From contig CAXXDV010000001.1 of NCBI GenBank assembly GCA_963674745.2, forward strand, positions 1,408,001 to 1,472,000: DNA of 64,000 nt. Reading direction: 5' to 3'. Numbering within the stretch: the first letter of the stretch is position 1; every line of letters starts with the position of its first letter. Below the pieces are notes generated by a model. It did not search any database and was not told the origin of the DNA. It saw only the letters and a program-made list of their open reading frames with translations. Of the stretch, positions 1 through 9,890 are shown in pieces. Made by a program: the position numbers and the translations under genes. This stretch comes from Desulfosudaceae bacterium (lineage in GTDB: Bacteria > Desulfobacterota > Desulfobacteria > Desulfobacterales > Desulfosudaceae).

Positions 1-558
1 GGCCAGTACTTTGATAGTGAGACAGGGCTGCATTATAATATGTGGCGGTACTATGATCCAGAGATGGGGAGGTTCTTGCGGAAGGATCCGGTGGGACTAA
101 GGGGTGGCGTTAATCTGTTTTTATATGCTTTGAATAATTCAGTGAACAATGAAGATCCATTCGGTTTAATAACGCTAGTGGCAGACATCCCTGAGGACCC
201 AAATGCTAACACTGTAGTATGTGATGGTAAAGGTGGGACAAGGATCCAAGTGACTGAAACAGATGAATGTATCAAGAGTTGTGTAGAAGCACATGAACAG
301 AAGCATAAAGAAGATATTGACCAATGGGATCCTGATGTTTGTAAAAGAGGTGGGAACAAACCGGATGGAACTAGAATTGTTATACCTGATATTACTTATC
401 GGAGATTATCAGAAATCACTGCTCGAAATCGTCAATTGGTTTGTTTGCATGAAAAATTAAAATGCCCAGACGATGGATGTTTTGAAACAATTCAGAAGGA
501 AATAAAAATAAAAGAAAGACAAGCTCAACAGTTGATGAACGGAACGTTACCCCTGTAA
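1..558 (+). CDS. 3' end of an Rhs-family protein (core + Cys-rich HExxH C-terminal domain); 5' end outside the window
   Basis: Frame 1 from base 1 reads GQYFDSETGLHYNMWRYYDPEMGRFLRKDP...NLFLYALNNSVNNEDPFGL (Rhs core, DPxGL), then a CT containing HEQKH. Confidence 0.85.
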   Translation, partial: GQYFDSETGLHYNMWRYYDPEMGRFLRKDPVGLRGGVNLFLYALNNSVNNEDPFGLITLVADIPEDPNANTVVCDGKGGTRIQVTETDECIKSCVEAHEQKHKEDIDQWDPDVCKRGGNKPDGTRIVIPDITYRRLSEITARNRQLVCLHEKLKCPDDGCFETIQKEIKIKERQAQQLMNGTLPL

Positions 559-803
559 AAAAAGAAAAATTATTATAAATAGGAACCTGACTCGCTAGAT
601 TGCTGGGCCACTACATGACCACAAAAAAGTGTAAAAAAACTGTATTACCTGTTTTTGTTACCATGAAGCATGAGGGTTGCCTCCTAAATTTTGATGTTTT
701 GGTTTGGTCACCTACATCAAAACCGGTAACCCTCTTTTTTGCATGAGGGGTGTCAGATCAAGTTGAAACTATTTCACTTTATGTTTGCGGATTGTGATCA
801 CAG

Positions 804-1673
804 TTACGGAATAAAAGTATTCATCCTTTGGATAAAATATTTTGATTCTTTTTGAAAAGCACCTTCACTGATTTTCATATATATGTATCTGAGAGTACTC
901 CCTGGCTTATGATCATCAATTTTCGCTAAAACTTCTTTCAGATCTTGTTTTGTACAAGTCTGTGAATTTTTCCAATGGATAAATGTCTGTCCCTTATAGT
1001 TCAGAGGAGTTGCATGAAAGGAATTCTTTTCCGAATTATTCAGAAACTCATCAATCTGCTTTATAAGGTCATTTAGATCACTTCGAGATACTTTTTCAAC
1101 TCTATAATCTACAGAGATGAGTGATGGATTTAAAGGCTCAAAATCTGTATTCTCTATTTCTTCAATTAGTTCTTTTGTTAACTCTTGCTCGTTAGCATCA
1201 GCAAGGAGTGTTTGTTTTATTTGTTTCTTACTATACGTCTTCCTTTCTTCTATTTGTTCTTTTGTAAACGCTTGTATATTAGAATTAGCAAGAAGTTTTT
1301 TGATATATTCTTTTATCAACGGCAGCCGCTTAATCCCATCAGCATTCCACAAGTAAATACACAATGAAGTACTCTCAATATTTCGATAATGCTCCTGCGA
1401 TATTAATATTAGTTCTCCAAATTCTTCCTGGCGCCATGTACCGAGATCGCTTTCAAATACATCAAAATCCCCCCGGTATATTTTTCGGTATGTACCATCT
1501 ACATTGAACTGAAAGTAATTTGAGTTAGTTCCCTCATAACTTTTAAAATAGATGTTCTCATCTTTAGGCATTTGAAAAACGGTAGGCTCTTCTGCGAACG
1601 CTGGGGAACTGACCAGAATGAAGAATATAAACAATATGATATTTATCATACCTTTTTCCAATGCTTCCAACAT
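804..1673 (-). CDS. exported hypothetical protein
   Basis: 289-aa AT-rich ORF with signal peptide ending SPAFA. Confidence 0.6.
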   Translation of the reverse strand: MLEALEKGMINIILFIFFILVSSPAFAEEPTVFQMPKDENIYFKSYEGTNSNYFQFNVDGTYRKIYRGDFDVFESDLGTWRQEEFGELILISQEHYRNIESTSLCIYLWNADGIKRLPLIKEYIKKLLANSNIQAFTKEQIEERKTYSKKQIKQTLLADANEQELTKELIEEIENTDFEPLNPSLISVDYRVEKVSRSDLNDLIKQIDEFLNNSEKNSFHATPLNYKGQTFIHWKNSQTCTKQDLKEVLAKIDDHKPGSTLRYIYMKISEGAFQKESKYFIQRMNTFIP

Positions 1674-1750
1674 TAATGATTATATAGTCGGTTTGCCTTT
1701 TGCCCGAAATCTGATTTCGTATAGTAAATAAAATTTTATCAGGGATTAAT

Positions 1751-1819
1751 GGGGACGTCCATGCTTTTATGCATTTCCTCAATTTTTTTGTGTGGTAGTG
1801 GGTGACGGTTTATGCCCGA
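1751..1819 (-). repeat. inverted copy of array repeat B
   Basis: ggggacgtccatgcttttatgcat...gtgggtgacggttt is the reverse complement of the repeat at 4928-5007. Confidence 0.8.
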
Positions 1820-1826
1820 CATGAGG

Positions 1827-2252
1827 TTACCGGTTAGGCTTCCTGTGGTCTTGAACAATTTCACTACAGATCTCTACGCACTCTGAGCAAATCTCCACTC
1901 CTGGGCCTGAGATCATCATGAAGACCTCACTTTCATCCTTCGTGTAAAAGTCGCAGGTTCGACCGTTTGTACTGACAGGGCCTTCTGTTGATTTGATTTC
2001 TTCAACTGTCATTTTGGCTTGCTTGGCTACAGCGGGGTCTCTGTCACTGCACAATTCCTCCAATATGAAAACTGGCGTAGCAAATTTCTGGGCTAAAGTT
2101 TTCCGCACTGCCGGGTTGTTGCTTTCCAGCAGCCGTTCACATAAAATTACTGTATCGATCAAGTGAGAAAAGCATTCAAGGTTGTCTGCGATCTCCTCGA
2201 CAATTTCATTGTCGTTGGTATCTATCCAGTGATTCAGGGCTTCTTTGTCCAA
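1827..2252 (-). CDS. helical-repeat protein with C-terminal ClpX-type zinc-finger-like motif
   Basis: HEAT-like segments (VRKTLA, PAVAKQA); C-terminus TCDFY...MISGPGVEICSECVEIC. Confidence 0.55.
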   Translation of the reverse strand: MDKEALNHWIDTNDNEIVEEIADNLECFSHLIDTVILCERLLESNNPAVRKTLAQKFATPVFILEELCSDRDPAVAKQAKMTVEEIKSTEGPVSTNGRTCDFYTKDESEVFMMISGPGVEICSECVEICSEIVQDHRKPNR

Positions 2253-2306
2253 ATGTTTGTATATAAATTTTTAATCAGTATTGACAATTGTCCCCAATAG
2301 TCCCAC

Positions 2307-2687
2307 TTACTTATAATAAATAAATATTTGCTTCTCTTTTTCATCGATTTCTACAATAACACCGAAATCGTTCTTCAAAATACTGAACATTTCTTTATAA
2401 GAAGAATATTTAAACGAAAATCGCTCATACACACCGTCATTTATAACTTCATAACCTTTATATCGATTGCGACCTTCGAAAAAGTTCGTCAGGAGTTTGT
2501 TCTCAACAACTGTATGACGAACCCCGTCGATGTATTCCCAATGCACGGAAGTTCTAAAGTAACGCTTTTCCTCTAATTCTTCAGCCGAAAGAAAATTAAA
2601 CACACAGCCTGAAAATAAAACAATCGCTATCAAAATTTTAGCAGATCTGACAACATTCTTCTTTTTGTGTTCACGTTTATTCATCAT
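2307..2687 (-). CDS. putative lipoprotein or exported protein
   Basis: Hydrophobic N-terminus with LFSGC lipobox-like motif. Confidence 0.5.
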   Translation of the reverse strand: MMNKREHKKKNVVRSAKILIAIVLFSGCVFNFLSAEELEEKRYFRTSVHWEYIDGVRHTVVENKLLTNFFEGRNRYKGYEVINDGVYERFSFKYSSYKEMFSILKNDFGVIVEIDEKEKQIFIYYK

Positions 2688-2717
2688 ATCGATCCCCCTT
2701 CTGATAATTTAAGGTTG

Positions 2718-3380
2718 TTATTTACCAGCCCCCTCAAGAATGGCCACTATTTCTGTACGGTTTTTCTCTTCTGCAATATCCAATGGCGTATTACCCTCTT
2801 TGTCCCGGGCATCCGGATCAGCCCCGTACTCCAGAAGTTGCCGAATGGCTTCTCTTTCGTCTTCAATTATGCCGGACTTTTGTGCGGCCCGGTGCAAAGG
2901 CGTCTGCCCCAACTGATCACACCGGGTGTTTACATCAGCACCATTTTCCAGCAGCAGTTTCACAACTGCGAGGTTGCTCCCTCCCCCCCTGTTCGCTTCA
3001 TTCAAGGGTGTCAGTCCCCGTCCATTTCTGGCTTCAATATCCGCACCTGCGTCCAGCAGCATCCTCACCATGTCAGTAGAGCGTTCAAAAGCTGCCAGAT
3101 GCAAAGGTGTCGCGCCCGAGTGATCTTTGACATTGACATCCGCACCTCTTTCCAGCAGAAAATCCATAATTTGCGGGTTTGCAGCACTGGCTGCGGCACA
3201 CAAGGGTGTCCGGCCGGCACGATCTCTGATGTTAATATCCACTCCGTTTCCCAGCAAGTTCTCCACAGTCTGGATATCTCTTTTGCCTATCGCACGAAAT
3301 AATTCCTTTTTATCATCGGCAGAAACAAAACCCGTCATTACAAAAACAAACAAAATAGATGACAACAATAATCGACGCAT
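2718..3380 (-). CDS. exported ankyrin-repeat protein (immunity-like)
   Basis: Repeated GxTPLHxAA...LLxxGADVN motifs; signal peptide. Confidence 0.9.
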   Translation of the reverse strand: MRRLLLSSILFVFVMTGFVSADDKKELFRAIGKRDIQTVENLLGNGVDINIRDRAGRTPLCAAASAANPQIMDFLLERGADVNVKDHSGATPLHLAAFERSTDMVRMLLDAGADIEARNGRGLTPLNEANRGGGSNLAVVKLLLENGADVNTRCDQLGQTPLHRAAQKSGIIEDEREAIRQLLEYGADPDARDKEGNTPLDIAEEKNRTEIVAILEGAGK

Positions 3381-3639
3381 GCCCCCTCCTCTTTATTAAG
3401 CATTAAATAAAATACTGTTTTCGTTTTTGCTGCCTATGCTTTCCCCCAAAACCTTTATAGCGGCTGGGGGTGACACCCTCCACAGTAGCGACAGGTACAA
3501 TGAGGGCATTCTTTATTTCAAAGATTTTGATCAGTTCAAGAAGATTGTTGCAGCCTATAAAAACAGGATTAAAAAAGTTACAACCAATGAAACCTCTGTT
3601 TTGCCTACTTACTGTTTGAAAATGATTTGCCTTCTTGTC

Positions 3640-3672
3640 TCCCGGTGTGTCGATCCTTGCCTTCCGTGGCAT
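3640..3672 (-). pseudogene. 5' remnant of a REP-associated (Y1/RAYT-like) transposase
   Basis: MPRKARIDTPG resembles the N-terminus of deltaproteobacterial RAYT-like proteins; resemblance stops after 11 codons at a GGGAGAC motif. Confidence 0.5.
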
Positions 3673-3794
3673 TTTCGCTCCCTATTATATCTGCATTTCA
3701 GGGGGAAACGCATAAAATCATAGACGTCCTCATTAGCCCCCCAAAGAAAAGGAAAACATATAAAAATAGGTGCTTAATCGGATAAGTTCATAAG

Positions 3795-4298
3795 TTATGG
3801 GCGTACCTTATTTCTCTCCTTTGGGTGAATAATTAGCCAACCACCAATTCTTTTTTCTTTTCCAACATTAGGTATATAATAATTCCAGAATATCAAAATG
3901 TCTTTCCTCAAGAAATTGTTTATCTCCGGAAATCTTTCTTGTAATAAAATCTTGCCATCTAAAGTTTCTCCGGGTTTTAACTTAACAAGTGTTATGCCAG
4001 GATCCTCAATAGTTGTTAATTCACGGAGAGGGGCTCTTTTATCATCTAAAGGGATTACACAAAATATCATTGTAGGCGTTGGACGCCAAGGCAAGTACAC
4101 CTCATTGAATATTAAAGGAGAGTTACCTTCGTTCTTTAATATCATTTTAAGGTTAATATTATCTTCATCATACAAAATCTGTGCTTCAACATTAAACAAT
4201 AAGTCATTATTTTTAGATATCACATTATCACACTGTAGACAAATAACTAGTATCGTTAACACTATAAACAATTTTTGTTTACATGAATTGTTGTGCAT
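3795..4298 (-). CDS. putative immunity protein (exported)
   Basis: Overlaps the 3' end of the upstream Rhs CT; hydrophobic N-terminal segment; start uncertain. Confidence 0.6.
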   Translation of the reverse strand: MHNNSCKQKLFIVLTILVICLQCDNVISKNNDLLFNVEAQILYDEDNINLKMILKNEGNSPLIFNEVYLPWRPTPTMIFCVIPLDDKRAPLRELTTIEDPGITLVKLKPGETLDGKILLQERFPEINNFLRKDILIFWNYYIPNVGKEKRIGGWLIIHPKERNKVRP

Positions 4299-4830
4299 AT
4301 TCCTGAACCCTATTAATTTCATCTTCAATTTTTTTAATGCATAGAGAATCCGGATCGGTGCATTTTAATTCTGTCTTTTTTGCTTTCAAACAAACTAAAG
4401 ATTTATTACATGCGCGCCGTTCTGAAGGCGCTCTTTCACTCCACTCCCACCAAATTCTGGTCATATAATCTTTACCTTTACAAATATTATTGTTAATTCT
4501 TAGAGCATCCTCTATATGTATGTTTTCATGCGCTCGAGAACAATCTTTGAAGCATTCACCGCCTGGTGCCAAATATGGCATAATCCCACCCCTGCCATCG
4601 CATACAATTGTGTTGTTGGGATAATCTTTATCGAGCTTCCCGCTTGCGGTTAACAACCCTCTTTCATCATAATAATTTTTTGGATTTCCCATGGCATATA
4701 GATAATAACTATTCACTCCACGACTTGATCTAATCGGATCAACCCTCAAGTACCTCCCCTTGCCCGGATCATAATACCTATTCCAATTATAATGTAGCCC
4801 TGTCTCGTCATCATAGTATTGGCCCGGATA
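4279..4830 (-). pseudogene. orphan Rhs core + C-terminal toxin (HExxH, Cys-rich)
   Basis: Open frame YPGQYYDDETGLHYNWNRYYDPGKGRYLRVDP...DERGL, then CT with HENIH; no start codon before the core. Confidence 0.85.
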
Positions 4831-4887
4831 TATTCTGATGCGAGTCCCCCATAAAGACCTGTTTTTTACCCCCCTTGTTTTGTTGGC
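4815..4887. repeat. repeat A: conserved Rhs-junction/putative att sequence
   Basis: GTATTGGCCCGGATATATTCTGATGCG-n-CCCC-n-AAAGACCTGTTTTTTACCCCCCTTGTTTTGTTGG; six copies in the window. Confidence 0.9.
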
Positions 4888-4927
4888 CCCCGGATGAACT
4901 CATTTTCAAAGATATGATAGTTTACCA

Positions 4928-5007
4928 TATGGTCGTTGGGCAAAAAAACCGTCACCCACTAACAACACAAAGAAACCGAAGAAACGCATAAAAGCATGGA
5001 CGTCCCC
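4928..5007. repeat. repeat B (ends in GGACGTCCCC)
   Basis: TATGGTCGTTGGGCAAAAAAACCGTCACCCACTAAC...GAAACGCATAAAAGCATGGACGTCCCC; also at 6586, 7939 (partial), 13246, 3705 (partial) and 1751 (inverted). Confidence 0.9.
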
Positions 5008-5054
5008 ATTAGCCCTCAAGAAAAAATGAATATAAAAATGTAAAGATCAGTTAT

Positions 5055-5768
5055 TTACTTACTTTGACCCTTTTGCTCCCCACCGGCAGGCAAGCAGCAG
5101 GTGTCATCCTTACCAAGTTGCATCAACTTTTTATCACCTGAAGACAAATCTAATAAATACAATTTCTCCCTTAATGGATTATTCTGGTTGGGTCTTTCAA
5201 CCAAAAGAATAATTCCAGGTTCTATTACCCGTACGGCATCAATCGCACTGATGAGAAATTCTGCTTCTTGATCAAAAGAGTCATAAATTAACGTCATTGT
5301 CAAACTGCTATCCACTGAAATAATAGTTGTTCTTGCGGGCCTTGAAGTAGAAACAATCATTAGTGCTTTATTTTCTATCGAAGCAATTGGTGTCGTAATA
5401 AATAATAGATGATCATAGGTCACGTCACGAGCGGTTTTATTTTTAATATCATAGCAAGGAACATATCCAGACACATGGTCAGGAATTTCGTTTTGAACAA
5501 TAAAAGCATGTTCTATAAAAGCTAGCCTTGTCCCAAGTTGTTGCTTGTTAAACTGTTCAAGTTCTGCTCTTAATTTCTTTAAACACAATGGTTCTTGGTT
5601 ATTTAATTCAAACTGTTTCTCAAAATCACTGTAATTACTAATATAATATGAAAAAGCAACAAGTAAACGTGGCAACTGATAAGGAGATAGATAAGAATCA
5701 TTGCCACTCGAAACAACATGACATGGTAAACATGTTAGAATAATTACAAGTATGATAGTTTTACCCAT
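5055..5768 (-). CDS. putative immunity protein (exported)
   Basis: Directly downstream of an Rhs CT; signal peptide. Confidence 0.6.
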   Translation of the reverse strand: MGKTIILVIILTCLPCHVVSSGNDSYLSPYQLPRLLVAFSYYISNYSDFEKQFELNNQEPLCLKKLRAELEQFNKQQLGTRLAFIEHAFIVQNEIPDHVSGYVPCYDIKNKTARDVTYDHLLFITTPIASIENKALMIVSTSRPARTTIISVDSSLTMTLIYDSFDQEAEFLISAIDAVRVIEPGIILLVERPNQNNPLREKLYLLDLSSGDKKLMQLGKDDTCCLPAGGEQKGQSK

Positions 5769-5815
5769 GTTTCAAGCCCTCTATTTTTTCAATATCAATT
5801 TGCAATTAATTCTTA

Positions 5816-6454
5816 TTATAAGATACATCCCGAAATAAAATCTTTTCTATTACACCAACCTTTTAAAGGGTCTGTATAAAAATAGAGGGTTCCTCCGCTC
5901 ATGCCTTTCACTGTTACAGTCCCCGTTGGAGATAATGGTTTGCTTCTTTTGACCAATGTTCTTCCTCCTCCCTTACAACATTTCCAACACTTTTGAACCA
6001 GTTCGCAATTTTGGTGTCCAACGCACATTATTTCACCGCCACCGGTTTTATCAGACCCTCCAGAAGCATTAGTTATATTTTTCCAAGCAGCTTTTCGATT
6101 TTTGTTTTTCAGGTTAGCCCCATTCAATTTTCCACAAGTTCTGGCAGTATTTGTTCTTGAACAACAAGCAGATATACTCGCTTTAGCGTCAGCCAATCCA
6201 GGAGGGATAGTTTTGATGTCATTATAGCTAACAATAGCCCATGGTTCAATTTCCCCCATCGTCCACTCATCTGCTACGCTTAATGCTTTCGAATCAATAA
6301 GATTTACCGGGGTATTCCAAACATACTCATAAAGATTAATCCCGCCGCCTACACCAATCGGATCAACCCTCAAGTACCTCCCAACCTCAGGATCATAATA
6401 TCTGTGGTAGTTGTAGTGCAGACCAGTCTCATCATCGAAGTATTGGCCCGGATA
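5816..6454 (-). pseudogene. orphan Rhs core + Cys-rich C-terminal toxin of unknown family
   Basis: YPGQYFDDETGLHYNYHRYYDPEVGRYLRVDPIG...NLYEYVWNTPVNLIDSKAL. Confidence 0.85.
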
Positions 6455-6664
6455 TACTTCGATGTGGGTTACCCCCGAAAGACCTGTTTTTTACCCCCCT
6501 TGTTTTGTTGGCTGTTGGAAATAAAACTGTTCTTTATGGGTTAAAGGGAAGGGGAGTTAAAAGATGCAGAAGCGCATCCATTCTATATGGTCGTTGGGCA
6601 AAAAAACCGTCACCCACTAACACACGAAAAAACCGGAGAAACGCATAAAAGCATGGACGTCCCC
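6439..6664. repeat. repeat A + linker + repeat B
   Basis: Near-identical to 13101-13324 over ~220 bp. Confidence 0.9.
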
Positions 6665-7119
6665 TATTCGTTCCCTTTTTGTTCCAATGAAATAGCAGGA
6701 ATCTTTATGAATTTAATTTCGACATCACTATCATCAAAATTATTATCTAATTTTTTTATTTTGTACTCGATTTTACATGGATAGTACTCATCTAAAGAAA
6801 TTATTATTGTAATTTTTGATGGTAGTTTCCCACACCTGTCTCCCCATAAAGAAGGGCCTTTATATGTATTGAACTTATAATTTACTTCAAATGTGCCATC
6901 TTTTCTGCTAATTTCTGAATCACCATATTTATCCTTATCAAGAAATACGATTACCGAAGCATCTGATATCGAACAATCAATACAATCTCTATCTTTTGTG
7001 ATAACACTGCCAATTACTTTTATTGTTTCATAAGGACATTTTGGCATTGCTTTATCAACGAATAGCAGAGTAGACATGTTAATAAAAAATAAAGATAAAA
7101 TTATTTTTTTCATAGCCAT
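6664..7119 (-). CDS. putative immunity protein (exported)
   Basis: Downstream of an Rhs CT; signal peptide; stop codon abuts GGGGACGTCC. Confidence 0.6.
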   Translation of the reverse strand: MAMKKIILSLFFINMSTLLFVDKAMPKCPYETIKVIGSVITKDRDCIDCSISDASVIVFLDKDKYGDSEISRKDGTFEVNYKFNTYKGPSLWGDRCGKLPSKITIIISLDEYYPCKIEYKIKKLDNNFDDSDVEIKFIKIPAISLEQKGNE

Positions 7120-7137
7120 CCTTCATATTACATTGTT

Positions 7138-7731
7138 TTATTTGCATTCACATGGGTTTCCATTTCCATATCCGAAACAGGATTTTTCACACGCTTCTGG
7201 CTTTGCTTCAGTAAAATGCCTACAACTATGCACCATCTCATGCAATATTGTGGACTTAAGAGGACCACAGCTGCTAATAGAGAAACCCGATCCACTGATA
7301 TAAATAGTATCTGAAAAAAGTGGTGCTGCATGACCACAATAGGATTTATTATCACACTTTATCTTAAGTTTAGCCCATTTATCTTTTAGACAACGTTTAA
7401 GCAAACCGTCCTTAATACAATTCGAATTAATAGCAACTGCGACATCAACCATAGCTCCATCAATTGCCGAAATATGACCTGAACAAGATTCATAGATCGC
7501 ATAAAGTCCTTTTTCATCAAAAATGGTCAATATATTATTTTGAGCATATACATATGTATTTAATGTGCTTGGTTTATCTATCGAATCAAACAATAAGAAT
7601 GGAATTTGCTGTTCCTCTGAATACAGATTATGGCTTGGATCAACCTTCAAGTACCTCCCCTTGCCCGGATCATAATACCTATTCCAATTATAATGTAGCC
7701 CCGTCTCTTGATCATAGTATTGGCCCGGATA
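7138..7731 (-). pseudogene. orphan Rhs core + HExxH metallopeptidase-like toxin
   Basis: YPGQYYDQETGLHYNWNRYYDP...DEKGL; TILHEMVH. Confidence 0.85.
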
Positions 7732-7789
7732 TATTCTGATGCGCCTTCCCCCCGAAAGACCTGTTTTTTATCCCCCTTGTTTTATCGGC
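7716..7789. repeat. repeat A
   Basis: ttggcccggatatattctgatgcg...gaaagacctgttttttatcccccttgtttt. Confidence 0.9.
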
Positions 7790-8028
7790 CCCCAAGGTTC
7801 ACTTTAATATCAAAATTCGTGTATCTTCGTAATTCCGTGGCCCTGAAGGCAACCAGGCAGGCATATAAAAAATGCTCTCCCTCCTTATTCATGCCTGCCT
7901 GGGGGAGTTTTTTTGACCATAAGATTGACCTTATTCCCTATGGTCGTTGGGCAAAAAAACCGTCACCCACTAACACTCATAAAAAGAAAACAAATAAAAA
8001 TAGGCACTTAATTGAATAAGTTCATAAG

Positions 8029-9862
8029 TGATTCCTGAGAAGTAACTCTGTAAATTCCGGCAGTAATTTGCTATAAAGCGTTATGTATAAACGGACTGAC
8101 CGCCAAAGACAACTATTCGGAATAGAATCGCAGCTGCCTGAGTCGTTACAAATACGTTTGAAAGAATCTTGGGCTCAGATTTTCAATCAAGAAATTCTTT
8201 CCATCTTGATGAACAACGAAGATCAATTTTCTCAACTGTATGGCACCACAGGACGGCCCAATTTCAGTGTGGCGCGTATGTTGGGTCTTTGTCTGCTGCA
8301 AGAACTAAACAATCTGAGCGATCAACAAGCCCTTGATGCATTTGGGTTTGACATCCGTTGGCGATATGCGTTGGATGTGGACGAACAGGATGCATACCTG
8401 TCTCGCCGATCACTTGTTGAGTTTCGCAGGCGTTTAGCTGCCAAAGATCCGGAGATGAGAAGTGTTCGCACCATCTTTGAGCAGATCAGCAAGGCAGCCA
8501 TTAAAAAGCTTGGCCTTTGCGCAAGCGACCAAAGAGTGGATTCTACTCATATCGTATCCAACATATGCACCCGTGGCCGGCTGGATCTGTTTAACAAAAC
8601 CATCAACCTGTTTCTTAAAAGCCTGACAGTGGCCCAGTATTCACGCGTCCCCCAATATATAGCAAATTGGCACCAGCAAGAATCAAACGGCTGGTTCGGA
8701 TTAGGGGCCGGTGAACGCAAGGCAGAGTTGAAGCAACTGGCAAAATACTTAAACAAACTTATTGTCATTTTTAAAAAAGACAAACAGGTAGCAGCCGACG
8801 AGCCTTATCAACTGCTTGTACGACTATTCAATGAGCAATGTGAAATCCCTTCGGGCGAATCCGGACAAGAGAACAAGGCCGACGAACAAATCAAAATTAA
8901 GAAAAAATGCACTGGCGAAACTCTGCAGTCTCCATATGACACCGATGCTTCTTACGGGCATAAAGGCAAGGGTTACAGTGTCCATATCACCGAGACGTGC
9001 AATAATCCGAAAAAGAAGGAAATCATTACCGACTACGAGGTGCATGGCGCAGCCCGGTCAGATGTAGCGAAAGCTCCGGATATTCTTGATCGATTGGAAG
9101 CAGCAGATTTAAAGCCGGAGACGTTTTTTGCCGACGGTGGCTATCCTTCAGTGCCTTCGGCGGTAAAGGTTGTTGAACGTAGTGTCGAGTTCATTGCCCC
9201 GGTAAACCGCAGCAAGCTGGCGGACGAAGTAATGGGGCGAGACCAATTTAAGTTCGACAAACAGGGACATGTATCGTATTGCCCGATAGGGCACCAACCG
9301 GTCGACCATCGGATGCTTAGCGCCAATAATAAAAAGGGCAAATCGCTATACGCGATTTTTGATGGTGATCTTTGTCGCAAGTGCAGCAAACTTGAACAGT
9401 GTCCGGTACGCGCGCCCAACCATCGCGAGCGTGGCTGCAGGCCACAGGATACAGTAGGCGACTTTAGATTGGAAATAACCGATGGTCTTCGCCTAAGAGA
9501 CCAAATGTTTGCGGATCAACGGACAAAAAGCTGGAAGGACCGTTATAAAATACGCTCGGGGATTGAGGCAACAATGTCGGAATTGAAACGAAGCCATGGA
9601 ATGGCAATGCTTCGAGTTCGCAAGCTGCCAAAAGTAAGCTTCGCTGTGGCATGTAAAGTAATAGCATGTAACATAAAACGCTGGGCCAAGGCCTATGCGC
9701 AGCCAAATCATGCGCATAGCCGCCTTATAAGCCAAACTTGGGGCCTAATACGGCAATCTACGCCTCGACTCGGAAGGATAAGGTCTATCTCCCGGTCAAC
9801 GGCCCGCCGAAAATTTTGTTGTGCAACCTGATGCAAAATGGGGGCTTACTTCTCAGGAATCA
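8029..9862 (+). mobile_element. insertion sequence, IS1182/IS5-like
   Basis: Perfect 17-bp terminal inverted repeats TGATTCCTGAGAAGTAA (8029-8045) and TTACTTCTCAGGAATCA (9846-9862); 4-bp TAAG direct repeat on both flanks. Confidence 0.85.
8083..9831 (+). CDS. DDE transposase (IS1182-like)
   Basis: GRP..LSD..WRYAL N-terminal domain; VDSTH, ADGGY and YKIRSGIEATMSELKR catalytic motifs. Confidence 0.9.
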   Translation: MYKRTDRQRQLFGIESQLPESLQIRLKESWAQIFNQEILSILMNNEDQFSQLYGTTGRPNFSVARMLGLCLLQELNNLSDQQALDAFGFDIRWRYALDVDEQDAYLSRRSLVEFRRRLAAKDPEMRSVRTIFEQISKAAIKKLGLCASDQRVDSTHIVSNICTRGRLDLFNKTINLFLKSLTVAQYSRVPQYIANWHQQESNGWFGLGAGERKAELKQLAKYLNKLIVIFKKDKQVAADEPYQLLVRLFNEQCEIPSGESGQENKADEQIKIKKKCTGETLQSPYDTDASYGHKGKGYSVHITETCNNPKKKEIITDYEVHGAARSDVAKAPDILDRLEAADLKPETFFADGGYPSVPSAVKVVERSVEFIAPVNRSKLADEVMGRDQFKFDKQGHVSYCPIGHQPVDHRMLSANNKKGKSLYAIFDGDLCRKCSKLEQCPVRAPNHRERGCRPQDTVGDFRLEITDGLRLRDQMFADQRTKSWKDRYKIRSGIEATMSELKRSHGMAMLRVRKLPKVSFAVACKVIACNIKRWAKAYAQPNHAHSRLISQTWGLIRQSTPRLGRIRSISRSTARRKFCCAT

Positions 9863-9890
9863 TAAGTTAAGAACGTCCCCTATTTGTCTC

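Noticed and set aside
3403..3672. Intact 89-aa transposase
   Set aside because: Only the first 11 codons resemble a RAYT; no HUH or catalytic Tyr motif
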